The notes beneath the pieces were generated by a model. The model was given only the letters and a program-made list of their open reading frames with translations, ran no database searches and was not told the origin of the DNA. This document shows, one piece after another, positions 29,801-39,994 of a stretch of 64,000 nt of DNA. The DNA comes from Sphingobacteriales bacterium (GTDB lineage Bacteria > Bacteroidota > Bacteroidia > Chitinophagales > Chitinophagaceae). Where the stretch lies: assembly GCA_016185185.1 (NCBI GenBank), contig JACPOD010000026.1, positions 1,790 to 65,789 on the forward strand, in the 5' to 3' direction. The position numbers and the translations under genes are program-made. Positions within the stretch are counted from its first letter, which is position 1; every line of letters starts with the position of its first letter.

Positions 29801-30667
29801 TTGCTGAGCAGCCTCGTAGACAGCGGATTTATTAAAGCAACAGATTACCAGGAATACTACAATAAATTCTGGCTGGAAGCAAAACAGGAACTCCGGAAAC
29901 AATCCATCGCTGAAAAAACAAAGTCCATTGAAAAGAAACAGGAAGAACTGGATGATAAGAAACCAGTGGTAACTTTTACAACCGACGATGAATCATCAAG
30001 AGGAAATGATGAACTGGATTTATATGGCGTATTACTGATGCCATTTTGGGATAAGAACGAAAACATACCCTCTTTTTATAACCGGCTGTTACAAACCAAT
30101 GATAATAAAATTAAGTATCACACTGCTTTATTATTGCTTCGAAATAATAAACCTGTTCCGGATAGTATATGGAAATATTTTGCTGCAATGGACACTTACA
30201 GAAGTGATTTGTTTGACGACCTGGAAGAAATTAAACATCTTGACAAATTCCCGGCACAATACAAAACACAGGCTGATATTGCCAGGAGTTTACTCATCAA
30301 TTCAAGAAGCTATGATAAAGCAGATACCATTATTTATCTCGACAAACTTCCTGTTAATTACAAAGGTGACAAGGGCTGGCTTTATTTTTATAAGTATAAG
30401 GATAAAAAAGATGATGCTGTATGGGAATTCGCTACTTCCGGTTTGCAGCCTGAAAATTTAAAAGAAGTGAATACAGACGATGATTTTACTTCTTTTATGG
30501 AAAACAATATGGATGAAGAAAAACCGGTTAAAGAACAATTGCAAAAACTGCTTAAAGAAATTCTATACTCCAGGAGGAAGAGTGCCCGTTCATTTTATGA
30601 AAAGGGGTATAGCCCGGGAAATATGTTTGGTGGCGGATATGTTGCGCCAACTGAAGAAGATAATTAG
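26849..30667 (+). CDS. large exported TraB/GumN-family protein (1272 aa)
   Basis: Signal peptide, then LLWEITGNGIKKPSYLFGTMHV and VGAAHLPG, which are typical of TraB/GumN. The long C-terminal extension has unknown function. Confidence 0.65.
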   Translation: MKAHHPAGRILSVIAATIVLFSSIATAQTKKGKGKYPSLLWEITGNGIKKPSYLFGTMHVSSKVVFHLSDSFYHAIKSAEVVALETNPENWQDDFTNSKMMNAQNGIGLRGLSSGFAGGMDMMNDYLTINTFAFRKYEKAIATALSAQPEIINNLLYRNFAGAEDFEEDTFLDMYIFQAGKKLGKTVTGVENFEESEKLVMEAYRDAAKDRNTKRRSYDFNNYADPQKLQDAYRRGDLDMLDSLNKLNTYSEAFEEKFLYRRNDIQAKSIDSIIKSGSSLFVGVGAAHLPGTRGVIEWLRKHGYNLRPVLMGERDSNQKDQVDKIRIALNFSKRWAEDSAFSVNLPGKLYRFSPIQFINQLQFADMVNGAYYMVTRLKTNSFLWGQNISIVSKKVDSMLYENVPGKIISKKDIIVNGYKGFDIINKTRRGDFQRYNIIITPFEIFFFKMSGNSEFVTTGDEARKFFESIQIKSDRSGEWTIYSPPYGGFTVSMPGKPVLNKVYPGGINRFEYEAVDEKEGSSYLIMKTNVHNISFIEEDTFDLNLIDESFASSSFIDKTLSRKPGVFKGYPSLDVKYKHKDGSITQARYIIQGPHYYALLAHGKKESAAQTVFLNSFSVSPFTYPEVKKRTDTTLGITVISPVYPEDKSNDLQNWMKELMEDYGENEAGNNADFPSSFKMITVGNDTAGEKIMAMYYKLPKYKYFKDSSSFWDKGEIALHDSDFIYRKFEKNNLPGGFINYDIQLSDTNSSRTILGKVFYHDGVVHLITAITDTLTPMSSLLTNFFSSFKPSDTIKGYSPFIKKSAIFLADYYSTDSATKKKAIKYLDNMYFDSSDVPAIKKAIQELTWKDKDYLELKKEWIQHLGKMKDTTVSYYLKDMYKNSGDTVELQNTILETLLSQKTTTAYRLFKDIMLEEPPVLENNNGYGLNVPRRYYDITIKGRGSYYKSGLFSYLYDSAQLTKTLFPEFLALMTLDDYKPKIMDLLSSLVDSGFIKATDYQEYYNKFWLEAKQELRKQSIAEKTKSIEKKQEELDDKKPVVTFTTDDESSRGNDELDLYGVLLMPFWDKNENIPSFYNRLLQTNDNKIKYHTALLLLRNNKPVPDSIWKYFAAMDTYRSDLFDDLEEIKHLDKFPAQYKTQADIARSLLINSRSYDKADTIIYLDKLPVNYKGDKGWLYFYKYKDKKDDAVWEFATSGLQPENLKEVNTDDDFTSFMENNMDEEKPVKEQLQKLLKEILYSRRKSARSFYEKGYSPGNMFGGGYVAPTEEDN

Positions 30668-32391
30668 GTCATTATTGCTTTGGGGATAGAGGCAATTAAT
30701 CTTTGTGTATATTCTTTTTTTGGATGGTTATAAATATCATCTGCGTTTCCCTCTTCTTCAATAATGCCTTTATTCATTACTATAATGCGATCGCTGATAT
30801 AACGTACCACAGAAAGATCGTGTGAAATAAAGATGGAGGTAAAGCCCATTTCTTTCTTAAGATCATTCAGCAGGTTCAGTACCTGTGCCTGCACACTTAC
30901 ATCAAGCGCAGATACCGATTCATCACATATAATGAAGGAAGGATTTAATGCCAGAGCCCTTGCGATACAGATCCGTTGCCGCTGACCTCCGCTAAATTCA
31001 TGCGGATACCGGTTAAAATGATCCGCTTTTAAATTTACTTTCTCCAGTAATTCTATCGCTTTTTCTTTGCGCTGTTTGCTGCCGTTTAAAATGCTGTGCA
31101 CCTGCATTGGTTCTGTTATGGCAGAACCAATAGTTAATCTGGGATTAAGAGATGAATAAGGATCCTGGAAAATGATTTGAATTTCTCTTCGCATTACACG
31201 CATATCTTCTTTAGCGATTGATAGCAGATCTGTTCCATCAAAAAATAATCTGCCAGAAGTAGGTTCTATTAATCGCAATAAAGTTCGTCCCAAGGTTGTT
31301 TTGCCGCAACCACTTTCTCCAACCAGCCCAAGTGTTTCGCCTTTGTAAATTTCAAAACTCACGTTATTAACAGCCTTTACATAGTCAAGAGGTTTCCCTA
31401 AAAATGATTTCCTGGAGGGGAACCACACGTTTAAATTATCAGTTTTAATAAATGGTATGTTTTTCTTACCAGATAATTGTTGATTATCGTTGTGTGAAGA
31501 AGATAATTCACGACTAATTACAGCAGGTGTGTTTTCACTCACTAATAAATTAAAATCGGCCACCGTTGGCAATCTCTCTCTTTTCTTATGCAACCCGGGC
31601 CTGCAAGCCAATAAGGCTTTGGTGTACCAGTGTTGGGGTTGTTTAAATATTGCTTCAACAGATCCTTTTTCTACTACTTCTCCCTGGTACAATACAATCA
31701 CTTCATCTGCTATTTCTGCAACCACACCAAGGTCGTGGGTAATAAAAATTACACCCATATTTTCCTGTTGCTGTAATTCTTTTAATAAATTAAGGATCGT
31801 TTTTTGAACAGTTACATCCAGTGCAGTAGTGGGTTCATCAGCAATTAATAAAGAAGGTTCGCAGCTCATGGCCATGGCAATCATCACCCGTTGTTTTTGT
31901 CCACCACTTAACTGGTGCGGATAACGGTTAAATATGCCGGCGGGATCAGGCAACTTTACTTTTTCAAATAATTGAATAGTTTTTTGAATAGCTTCTTTTT
32001 TCGTTACGCTTTGATGTAATTGAATAACTTCCATTACCTGGTTGCCACATGTATATACCGGGTTCAGGGATGTCATTGGCTCCTGGAATATCATGGCAAT
32101 TTCGTTGCCACGTATTTGCTGTAAAGCAGCGGTATCAATTTTTAGTAAATCAATTGTTTCATTATTTTTTTTGGTAAACAAAATTTCTCCAGAAGAGTAT
32201 TTAACCGGAGGAGAGGGGATGAGCTGCATCACCGATAAGGAGGTTACTGATTTTCCCGAGCCACTTTCGCCAACAATAGCCGTTATTTTTCCTCTGTACA
32301 CATCCAGCGAAATATTTTTTACAGCTGAGGTAATGTTTCCGTCAGCAATAAAATCAACCTGCAGGTTTTTTATTTGCAGTAAAGGCTGCAT
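30664..32391 (-). CDS. ABC transporter ATP-binding protein with two fused ATPase domains (Dpp/Opp D-F type)
   Basis: Two Walker A motifs ([16 protein letters not shown]) and two signature motifs ([16 protein letters not shown]). No permease gene is adjacent. Confidence 0.9.
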   Translation of the reverse strand: MQPLLQIKNLQVDFIADGNITSAVKNISLDVYRGKITAIVGESGSGKSVTSLSVMQLIPSPPVKYSSGEILFTKKNNETIDLLKIDTAALQQIRGNEIAMIFQEPMTSLNPVYTCGNQVMEVIQLHQSVTKKEAIQKTIQLFEKVKLPDPAGIFNRYPHQLSGGQKQRVMIAMAMSCEPSLLIADEPTTALDVTVQKTILNLLKELQQQENMGVIFITHDLGVVAEIADEVIVLYQGEVVEKGSVEAIFKQPQHWYTKALLACRPGLHKKRERLPTVADFNLLVSENTPAVISRELSSSHNDNQQLSGKKNIPFIKTDNLNVWFPSRKSFLGKPLDYVKAVNNVSFEIYKGETLGLVGESGCGKTTLGRTLLRLIEPTSGRLFFDGTDLLSIAKEDMRVMRREIQIIFQDPYSSLNPRLTIGSAITEPMQVHSILNGSKQRKEKAIELLEKVNLKADHFNRYPHEFSGGQRQRICIARALALNPSFIICDESVSALDVSVQAQVLNLLNDLKKEMGFTSIFISHDLSVVRYISDRIIVMNKGIIEEEGNADDIYNHPKKEYTQRLIASIPKAIMT

Positions 32392-33161
32392 TAAAATTTA
32401 AGATGACGAACAGTCATGCCGTCGTTTATCAATTGTTTGAGTGAGTCTATACCAATGCGTAAATGATTTTCTACAAAATCGGCGGTTACTTTTTTATCGC
32501 TCTCTTCTGTTTTTACTCCTTCTGGAATCATGGGCTGATCACTCACCAGTAATAAAGCGCCTGTTGGAATTTTATTATAGAAACCCACGGTAAAGATGGT
32601 AGCTGTTTCCATGTCAATGGCATACGCTCTTACCTTTTGTAAATATTCTTTAAAAGGTTCATCATGTTCCCATACCCTGCGGTTTGTTGTATATACAGTG
32701 CCTGTCCAGTAATCCACTTCATAATCCCGGATGGTGGTGGAAACAGCTTTCTGCAAAGCAAAGGCAGGTAATGCCGGTACTTCTGCCGGAAAATAGTCAT
32801 TGGAAGTACCTTCACCTCTTATAGCTGCAATCGGCAATATCAGGTCGCCTATCTTATTTCTTTTTTTAAGACCACCGCATTTTCCTAAGAATAATACGGC
32901 TTTGGGTTCAATAGCAGTTATCAGGTCCATTACAGTTGCAGCAGTAGGGCTGCCCATTCCAAAATTAATGATGGTTATATCGCCTGCTGTTGCACATTGC
33001 ATGGGTTTATCTTCCCCAATAATTTCAACACCGTTCCATTTGGCAAACATCTTTACATAATTACTGAAATTGGTGAGTAAAATGTACTTGCCAAAGTTTT
33101 CTAATTTTTCTCCCGTATAGCGGGGCAACCAGTTTTGAACAATTTCTTCTTTTGTCTTCAT
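32391..33161 (-). CDS. nucleoside phosphorylase family 1 protein (AMP nucleosidase-like short form)
   Basis: 256 aa with a PNP_UDP_1-like pattern: GMGSPTAATVMDLI, FLGKCGG, DMETATIF. Confidence 0.65.
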   Translation of the reverse strand: MKTKEEIVQNWLPRYTGEKLENFGKYILLTNFSNYVKMFAKWNGVEIIGEDKPMQCATAGDITIINFGMGSPTAATVMDLITAIEPKAVLFLGKCGGLKKRNKIGDLILPIAAIRGEGTSNDYFPAEVPALPAFALQKAVSTTIRDYEVDYWTGTVYTTNRRVWEHDEPFKEYLQKVRAYAIDMETATIFTVGFYNKIPTGALLLVSDQPMIPEGVKTEESDKKVTADFVENHLRIGIDSLKQLINDGMTVRHLKF

Positions 33162-33211
33162 ACAAATAATTGTGCAGTTAATCTGTAAATTTAAGCATTA
33201 GTTTTGTTTTA

Positions 33212-33709
33212 ATGATAAAGATTACTTATCCCGAATATCCTTATAAGATAAAAAAAGAAAAGGACAGGGAATTTATTTTTGATGAGATACGCAAACTATG
33301 GGTAAGGCTTACTCCCGAAGAATGGGTGCGGCAAAATTTTCTTCGCTATTTACTGGATGAGATGAAATACCCGTCTTCATTAATTGCAGTGGAAAAAGAA
33401 ATCAAACTTAATGAGCTGAATAAACGGGTTGATATTATTGTGTATAATCAAAATACAGAACCCTGGCTGATGATTGAATGTAAAAGTATGGATGAGGTAT
33501 TAGACGGGAAAGTGGCCATGCAGATTTTAAGATACAATATAGCACTCCCTGTTGTTTATTGCCGTAGTTTTAAGGCGCCTGTTTTTAAACCTGTTAAAAT
33601 AATAATGATAAAGAAGTTTTTTAACTTCACTGCAATAAATATTTTTCCTATCATTACAACTGTTTACCAACTCTTGCATTATGGACAACCTGGATGCCCA
33701 ATTAAATGA
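33212..33709 (+). CDS. type I restriction enzyme HsdR N-terminal domain-like protein, C-terminus atypical
   Basis: The first ~115 aa fit the stand-alone HsdR_N family (LTPEEWVRQNFLRYL, VDIIVY, LMIECKS, ILRYN). The last ~50 aa are low-complexity and overlap the next gene. Confidence 0.5.
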   Translation: MIKITYPEYPYKIKKEKDREFIFDEIRKLWVRLTPEEWVRQNFLRYLLDEMKYPSSLIAVEKEIKLNELNKRVDIIVYNQNTEPWLMIECKSMDEVLDGKVAMQILRYNIALPVVYCRSFKAPVFKPVKIIMIKKFFNFTAINIFPIITTVYQLLHYGQPGCPIK

Positions 33710-36014
33710 TCTCCGTAAAAAGATTGAAGCCATTTTGTACAAGCAACAATCCTTAAATGATGAAGTAGTACAATTAATGAATGAATTTGACCGGCTGAAG
33801 GCGGAAGCATCCGGTAAGCTAACTTTATCTAAACCTGACGAGAAAAAAGAAACGATAATTACGAGAGCAGTTGAAAAAAAAGTTATCGCTGCTCAGGGGG
33901 CTGTAAAGGAGTTTGTATCTCCCAATTCTAACCAGGATGCTACGCAGAAAAAGGTTGGTACAAAACCGGGGCAAAATACTCTGGAGCAGTTTGTTGGGGA
34001 AAATTTAATTAGCAAAATAGGAATTATTGTTACCATCATCGGGGTTTTTATCGGGGTAAAATATTCTATTGATCATAACCTGGTGAGTCCGCTTGTTCGA
34101 ATTATTACCGGGTATATACTGGGTGCAGTCTTAGTGGGTATTTCGCTGAAATTACAGAATCGATATGAGGCGTTCAGTAATGTTCTGATGGGTGGTGGCA
34201 TTGCTGTATTTTATTTTGTTACCTATGTTGCTTATAGTTTTTATAACCTGTTACCGGCAACACTTGCATTTATTATTATGCTGCTTTGCACGGGTGCAGC
34301 TATTGGTGCTTCCCTGAAATACAAAAACCAATTAATTGCCCTGCTTGGTCTGCTGGGTGCTTATGCTATCCCTGTTTTATTAAGCGATGGAAGCGGCCGC
34401 TATTATATCCTCTTTAGTTATATTGCTATTATTAATGTGGGGATAATGGTCTTATCCTTCCGGCAAAACTGGAAACTGCTTTTTTATTCAGCTTTTGGAT
34501 TAACATGGATGATTTTTCTTGCCTGGTTTATCTTCACATACGATCCCGGTAAACATTTTTTCATGGGATTATTCTTCCTCTTAGTATTTTTTCTGACTTT
34601 CTATATCACCTTTCTTTCATATAAGCTTATTAAAAAAGAACAGTATGATGCTGCTGATGTAATCATTCTTTTGATGAATTCATTTTTATTTTATGGCATT
34701 GGATATGGAATGTTTGATGGAAGGCAGGAAACTGCCCAAATGATGGGATTATTTACAGTAGTTAATGCAGCCATTCACTTTTGTGTATGCCTTTTAGTAA
34801 AAAAAATGCAGCTTGCTGATAAGGCATTATTTTATTTGCTGCTTGGCCTGGTATTTATTTTTATAACCATTGCAGTACCCGTACAGTTTGATGGTAATTG
34901 GGTTACATTATTATGGGCAGGGGAAGCTGCATTGTTGTTTTGGATCGGGAGAAAACAATCAGTTGGCTGGTATGAAAAGATCGCTATGCCATTGCTGATA
35001 ATAGCAATTATCAGCTTGTTGCAGGATTGGGACGCTTCTTATCGGTACTTACAGGTATTGGGCTATGGTAACAGCGGGGTTACACCTTTTTTTAATATTA
35101 ATTTTATCAGCAGTGGTTTGATTTTGGGAGCATTGACTTTTATTGTATTTACAGAAAAGAGAACGGCGCCGTCACCCGTATTTCATAAAGATTCATTGGT
35201 TGTTACTTTTTTTAAAGGGATAGTGCCATTGATTTTATTAATTATCAGCTACCTGTGTTTGCTGCTGGAGATAAATGAATACTTTGATGTGTACCGGGTT
35301 TTGAAAGGTTTTGAAAATGAATCTGCTGCTATCAAAAATTTATGGTTGATGAATTACTCGTTTGCTTTCCTCTCTGTTCTTGGACTTTTAAATCAGAAAT
35401 ATTTTAAACAAAGGGCACTTGCATTGATCAATGTTGCTGCAGGCACAATAATGCTGGCCGTTTTTGTTTTTCAGGGATTTATTTTATTGGGCGAATTAAG
35501 GGATAGCTATACCCGCCAGGTATATAATGGCTTTGAAGCTTTATACCTGAGGTATATTTGTTTTGCATTTACCGGAATTTGGATATGGGTGATGCGTGAG
35601 TATAAAAGCTGGCAGTTATATGATGGTGCATTCACTAAATATTTTGGACTTGTATTACACGCAACTATTCTCAGTGTTATTTGCAATGAGTTTGTTCACC
35701 AGATGGATCTTTTGGGATATAAAAATCAGTATAAACTTGGGCTCAGTATTATTTGCGGGTTCTATGCTGTATTATTAATTGTGCTGGGCATCTGGAAGAA
35801 AAGACAATATTTACGTATTACAGCAATCGTTTTATTTGGGTTAACCCTGGTAAAACTGTTCTTTTATGATATTGCACATCTTTCCACTATTTCAAAAACC
35901 ATTGTTCTGATTATTTTAGGAGCACTACTGCTGCTTGTGGCATTTCTGTATAATAAGTTCAAAGATGTAATTGTGGGTGAAGCTGAGAAGATTCAGGAGG
36001 ATCATTCTTCATAG
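33681..36014 (+). CDS. DUF2339-like polytopic membrane protein
   Basis: 777 aa with an N-terminal coiled-coil followed by more than 20 TM segments. The family call is by recollection. Confidence 0.6.
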   Translation: MDNLDAQLNDLRKKIEAILYKQQSLNDEVVQLMNEFDRLKAEASGKLTLSKPDEKKETIITRAVEKKVIAAQGAVKEFVSPNSNQDATQKKVGTKPGQNTLEQFVGENLISKIGIIVTIIGVFIGVKYSIDHNLVSPLVRIITGYILGAVLVGISLKLQNRYEAFSNVLMGGGIAVFYFVTYVAYSFYNLLPATLAFIIMLLCTGAAIGASLKYKNQLIALLGLLGAYAIPVLLSDGSGRYYILFSYIAIINVGIMVLSFRQNWKLLFYSAFGLTWMIFLAWFIFTYDPGKHFFMGLFFLLVFFLTFYITFLSYKLIKKEQYDAADVIILLMNSFLFYGIGYGMFDGRQETAQMMGLFTVVNAAIHFCVCLLVKKMQLADKALFYLLLGLVFIFITIAVPVQFDGNWVTLLWAGEAALLFWIGRKQSVGWYEKIAMPLLIIAIISLLQDWDASYRYLQVLGYGNSGVTPFFNINFISSGLILGALTFIVFTEKRTAPSPVFHKDSLVVTFFKGIVPLILLIISYLCLLLEINEYFDVYRVLKGFENESAAIKNLWLMNYSFAFLSVLGLLNQKYFKQRALALINVAAGTIMLAVFVFQGFILLGELRDSYTRQVYNGFEALYLRYICFAFTGIWIWVMREYKSWQLYDGAFTKYFGLVLHATILSVICNEFVHQMDLLGYKNQYKLGLSIICGFYAVLLIVLGIWKKRQYLRITAIVLFGLTLVKLFFYDIAHLSTISKTIVLIILGALLLLVAFLYNKFKDVIVGEAEKIQEDHSS

Positions 36015-36131
36015 AATTTCACATTCTTTTCTTTGAGGAAACGTTTTATGATGTCAACATGCACACACTGGCCTAAATGAAGAAAGGAATAGTCGGTGAC
36101 TTTTTTAGGTTTGTTATTGATGAGGATTTCT

Positions 36132-36623
36132 TTATCCATCATATACCCTGCAAAGCAATTTGCCCTGTTTGATAGCGGAACCGTCTTTTAAAAAACGGGC
36201 AATTCCTTTATATAATGTTTTGCTATATCCGTTAAAACGAATAATACCCAAATCATATTCAGGATGCAGATCGCAACTGAAGCTATCAAACCTGTCAACA
36301 CAGTCAACAAAAGTATTTTTCATTTGAATAATAGTACTTTCATTGTAATGATACTTTAGCTCTAACCCCTGCAATGCTTTTTTAAACTTATTGTCTTTGG
36401 GCAACAGGGATCTTTCCTTTACAAATTCCCGGTAGTGTTTGTTTTTGTTTTCTGAATCGATCAGGATTTCAATTACATGTTTACAGGTAATGGCACAGGC
36501 TTCTTCATTTACAAAAAATAATGTTCCCGAACCGGGAATGATTTGTTTGCCGCCATACGTTCGCATGATGGAATGAACCGGACGGGTAAACTGCAGTGCA
36601 GTTTCAATGGCGTTTACAAACAT
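36132..36623 (-). CDS. hypothetical protein, possibly the 5' part of a disrupted gene
   Basis: GSGTLFFVNEEACAITCKHV resembles the His-region of trypsin-like peptidases, but no Ser motif follows. A 46-codon ORF (36002-36142) continues in a different frame, overlapping the stop. Confidence 0.35.
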   Translation of the reverse strand: MFVNAIETALQFTRPVHSIMRTYGGKQIIPGSGTLFFVNEEACAITCKHVIEILIDSENKNKHYREFVKERSLLPKDNKFKKALQGLELKYHYNESTIIQMKNTFVDCVDRFDSFSCDLHPEYDLGIIRFNGYSKTLYKGIARFLKDGSAIKQGKLLCRVYDG

Positions 36624-36629
36624 GGTATG

Positions 36630-37412
36630 TTATTGGTGTATTGCCAGTACCGGAATGGTGCTGTGGTACACGAGTTCTTTGGTATGCGTATTGCCCAATA
36701 CCCTGCTTAGCATGGAATGATATTTAGGCACCGTTAATATCATATCAATATTATAATCGGCAGCAAACTGGTTTATGGCTTCGTGAAAAACATGCCAGCG
36801 CATAAAATAAAATTCAGGATTATAATTGCCCAGCATTTCTTTTATCTGCTGCTTTGTGTTTTCATAGGTTTCATCCAGCGAAATATAATGTTCACTATCT
36901 ACATTGATAATATGTAAACTGGCTTTAAATAAATCGAGCATTTTTGTAATAAATAAAACCGGCATCATTTCCACATCCTTAAAGTCTGATGTAAAGGCAA
37001 TATTATTAATGCCATTATATTTGGCATCGGGTGGAATAATTAAAACGGGGCAAACATTTTTTTCTGCCATTTTTAAGGTGTTGCTCCCAATTAGCGTTTG
37101 CGCTATGGATGAACGCCCGGTAAGCCCCATTACAATCAGGCTGGATGCTTTTTGAAATGCAAGCCTGTCAAGACTGTCTATCAAATCATCTCCCAGTTCT
37201 TTAATTATTTCCGTATTTACAACACCTTTATCATTGAATTCTTTGGCAAGGCTTTCCAGGTTTTCGGTAGAAGTGTCAGCATCTTCCAGTTTCGTAAACA
37301 TATTGTACAGGATCACGTTTGCAGCAGGTTGACCTGCCAGCATACTGGCTGCATAACGGGCAGCATTTAAAGATGTCTCCGAAAAATCAACGGGGATAAT
37401 CACGTTTTTCAT
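36630..37412 (-). CDS. universal stress protein (tandem UspA domains)
   Basis: 260 aa with MKNVIIPVDFSE and the C-terminal ELVYHSTIPVLAIH. Confidence 0.85.
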   Translation of the reverse strand: MKNVIIPVDFSETSLNAARYAASMLAGQPAANVILYNMFTKLEDADTSTENLESLAKEFNDKGVVNTEIIKELGDDLIDSLDRLAFQKASSLIVMGLTGRSSIAQTLIGSNTLKMAEKNVCPVLIIPPDAKYNGINNIAFTSDFKDVEMMPVLFITKMLDLFKASLHIINVDSEHYISLDETYENTKQQIKEMLGNYNPEFYFMRWHVFHEAINQFAADYNIDMILTVPKYHSMLSRVLGNTHTKELVYHSTIPVLAIHQ

Positions 37413-37445
37413 TGCCGTAAATTTGTTTCTATTAGTTGGTTGAGC

Positions 37446-37474
37446 GATAAATTTAGCACTATCTGGCGATATAT
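37446..37474 (-). promoter_or_regulatory. conserved 29-nt promoter block shared with the paralogous USP gene
   Basis: gataaatttagcactatctggcgatatat begins 34 nt upstream of the ATG. On the minus strand it reads TATC-N4-GATA followed by TAAATTTA. Confidence 0.4.
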
Positions 37475-37576
37475 ATACAACTGGTTGAAGATTACTTACC
37501 CGGATGAAATCCGGAGTACTTCAAACGTCCTAATAAACTTATTTTAAACAATAGCAAATGAAATCAGATCATTTGA

Positions 37577-38359
37577 TTACTGGTGGATGGCCAGTACAGG
37601 AACGGTGCTGTGATATACCAGTTCTTTGGCATGCCCGCTGCTCACCACCCTGTTGATTAAAGTATGGTGTTTGGGAGTGATAAGGATCAGGTCAATATCT
37701 TTATCAATAGCAAACTGGTTTACGGCTTCGTGCACATTGTTCCAGTGCATGAAATAAAAATCAGGTTCATATTCCTCAAACATTTTTTTAATCTGTTCCT
37801 CAGCAGCTGCATAATCTTCATTTATAGAAATATAGTGATCGCTGTTTACATTAATGATATGCAGATTGGCTTTAAATAAAGAAAGCACTGACTTAATAAA
37901 TAAAACAGGAGTAGCCTCCAGGTTTTTAAAATCTGATGTAAAGGCAATATTGCTGATGCCATTGAATTTGGCAGATGGTGGAATGATAAGTACAGGGCAA
38001 ACGTTTCTTTCTGCTATTCGTAAAGAGGTACTTCCTTTTGTGGAAAGAGCTGCCGGGGCATGCCCGCTAATACCTAAAATAATTAAGGTTGCTGCTTTTT
38101 GAAAGGCTAATCGTTCAATACTGTCAATGAGATCTTCGCCGGCTTCTTTTACTACTTCAACCCGGCTAAGCCCATTTCCTATAAATTCATCTTTCAGACT
38201 GTCCAGGTATTCCCTTGTTGTATCAGCTTCGGTGAGTTTGGTGAACATGTTGTACAAAATAACATTGGTATCCGGCTGGCCTGCCAGCAAATTGGCTGAA
38301 TACCGGGCGGCATTTAAAGAAGCTTCGGAGAAATCAACAGGAATAATTACATTTTTCAT
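37577..38359 (-). CDS. universal stress protein (tandem UspA domains), paralog of 36630-37412
   Basis: Same 260-aa length and colinear with the paralog. By eye about two-thirds of residues are identical. Confidence 0.85.
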   Translation of the reverse strand: MKNVIIPVDFSEASLNAARYSANLLAGQPDTNVILYNMFTKLTEADTTREYLDSLKDEFIGNGLSRVEVVKEAGEDLIDSIERLAFQKAATLIILGISGHAPAALSTKGSTSLRIAERNVCPVLIIPPSAKFNGISNIAFTSDFKNLEATPVLFIKSVLSLFKANLHIINVNSDHYISINEDYAAAEEQIKKMFEEYEPDFYFMHWNNVHEAVNQFAIDKDIDLILITPKHHTLINRVVSSGHAKELVYHSTVPVLAIHQ

Positions 38360-38391
38360 TGCCGTAAGTTTTGGTTCGGTTGTGGTTGAAA

Positions 38392-38420
38392 GATAAATTT
38401 AGCATTATCTGGTGATATAT
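38392..38420 (-). promoter_or_regulatory. conserved 29-nt promoter block (second copy)
   Basis: gataaatttagcattatctggtgatatat has 2 mismatches to 37446-37474 and the same spacing to the ATG. Confidence 0.4.
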
Positions 38421-38489
38421 GGAGCACTGGTTTTGTAAATTCCCATGATATAGTTTTAAGCCCGGATAAAATGCATTGGTTATCCCAAT

Positions 38490-38514
38490 AAAAAATCCCG
38501 CCTGCAGGCGGGAT
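38490..38514 (-). terminator. rho-independent terminator after the Glu/Leu/Phe/Val dehydrogenase gene
   Basis: Stem atcccgcc / ggcgggat with loop tgca, and a T-run on the minus strand. Confidence 0.75.
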
Positions 38515-38545
38515 CTGTATATAAATATTGGTAAGCATTTTATAC

Positions 38546-39967
38546 TTATGGAAATATTCCCAGTTCGGCATAAGAAGTACCCACTTTCTTAATAGCTACC
38601 ACATAAGCGGCAGTACGCATGTCAGGTATTTCAGGATTGGCTTTCCACACCTCCATAATTTCTCTTGTAGCAGCGATCATGGTTTCTTCCAGGCCACTAT
38701 AAACCAAATCGGCCTCATCTGGTCCGTGTATTATTGTTTCCCTGTCTTTTTCGCTTACTTTTTTACCGGTTGATTCTTCAATCTGCTCCAGCATCTGGCG
38801 GTTCTGGTTTTCAGTAAAGCGTTTTTCCATGCGACCGTAACGAACGTGGCTTAAGTTTTTCAACCATTCAAAATAACTTACGGTAACACCACCGGCATTC
38901 AAATACATATCGGGTATAACCAATACTCCTTTAGCTGCAAATACATCATCTGCTTCGGGAGTTAAGGGTCCGTTAGCTGCTTCACCGATCATTTTGGCTT
39001 TTATACGAGGAGCATTTTCTCCATTAATTACATTTTCCAGTGCTGCAGGAATTAATATATCACACTCCAGTTCTATTGCTTCATTACTGGTAGCAATCGT
39101 TTTTGCACCCGGATAATTTTTTATGGAGCCTGTTTTCTTTTTGTATTGAAAAACATCTTCTTCATTTAATCCATCGGCATTATATATTGCCCCGTCATGT
39201 TCGGCAAGACAAATAACTTTTGCACCACCTTCTCTAAAGAATTTGGCAGCATGGTAACCCACATTACCCAATCCCTGTACAATAACGGTTTTACCTTCAA
39301 CCCCTATTGTCATACCTAACTTGCTCATCACATCGGGCATATTACATACTTCCCTTATACCGTAAAAAACACCAAGCCCAGTGGCTTCCCTTCTTCCTCT
39401 TACACCGCCTTGTGTTACGGGTTTACCGGTTACACAACCCAAAGCATCAATTTCTCCGGGGCGCATGCTGGCATAGGTATCAACAATCCACGCCATTTCT
39501 CTTTCGCCGGTACCGTAATCAGGAGCCGGTACATCAATGCCGGGGCCAATAAAATTTTTCTTTATTAATTCAGAAGTATAACGGCGGGTAATTTTTTCCA
39601 GTTCGTATGGTGTATATTTTTTGGGGTCGATAGTGATGCCACCTTTGGCGCCTGCAAATGGAACATTTACAATGGCGCATTTGTACGTCATTAATGCGGC
39701 CAGCGCCATCACTTCATCCAAATTAACACTCATGGCAAAACGGATACCTCCTTTACAGGGAAGTTTGTGATGCGAGTGCTGTACCCGGTAGGCTTTAATT
39801 ACTTCTATGTTATCGCCAATTTTTACGGGGAAATGCATACGGTAAACGGCATTGCATTGTTTGATCTGCTCTAAAAGACCCTTATCGAGGTTGGTAAACT
39901 TAGCCGCTTTGTCGAAGCTTTTTTCTACTGCGCCAAAGAAACTATACTGCTGTTGTTGATCTGACAT
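38546..39967 (-). CDS. Glu/Leu/Phe/Val dehydrogenase family (glutamate dehydrogenase-like)
   Basis: 473 aa with [15 protein letters not shown] and [10 protein letters not shown] motifs. Confidence 0.88.
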   Translation of the reverse strand: MSDQQQQYSFFGAVEKSFDKAAKFTNLDKGLLEQIKQCNAVYRMHFPVKIGDNIEVIKAYRVQHSHHKLPCKGGIRFAMSVNLDEVMALAALMTYKCAIVNVPFAGAKGGITIDPKKYTPYELEKITRRYTSELIKKNFIGPGIDVPAPDYGTGEREMAWIVDTYASMRPGEIDALGCVTGKPVTQGGVRGRREATGLGVFYGIREVCNMPDVMSKLGMTIGVEGKTVIVQGLGNVGYHAAKFFREGGAKVICLAEHDGAIYNADGLNEEDVFQYKKKTGSIKNYPGAKTIATSNEAIELECDILIPAALENVINGENAPRIKAKMIGEAANGPLTPEADDVFAAKGVLVIPDMYLNAGGVTVSYFEWLKNLSHVRYGRMEKRFTENQNRQMLEQIEESTGKKVSEKDRETIIHGPDEADLVYSGLEETMIAATREIMEVWKANPEIPDMRTAAYVVAIKKVGTSYAELGIFP

Positions 39968-39994
39968 GATATTATCATTTTATTTTTAGAAAGG

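Noticed and set aside
38356-38773. Two overlapping 71-aa and 81-aa ORFs between the second USP gene and the Glu/Leu/Phe/Val dehydrogenase gene.
   Set aside because: They cover the USP promoter block, the dehydrogenase terminator and the dehydrogenase 3' end. They show no motifs and are probably non-coding.
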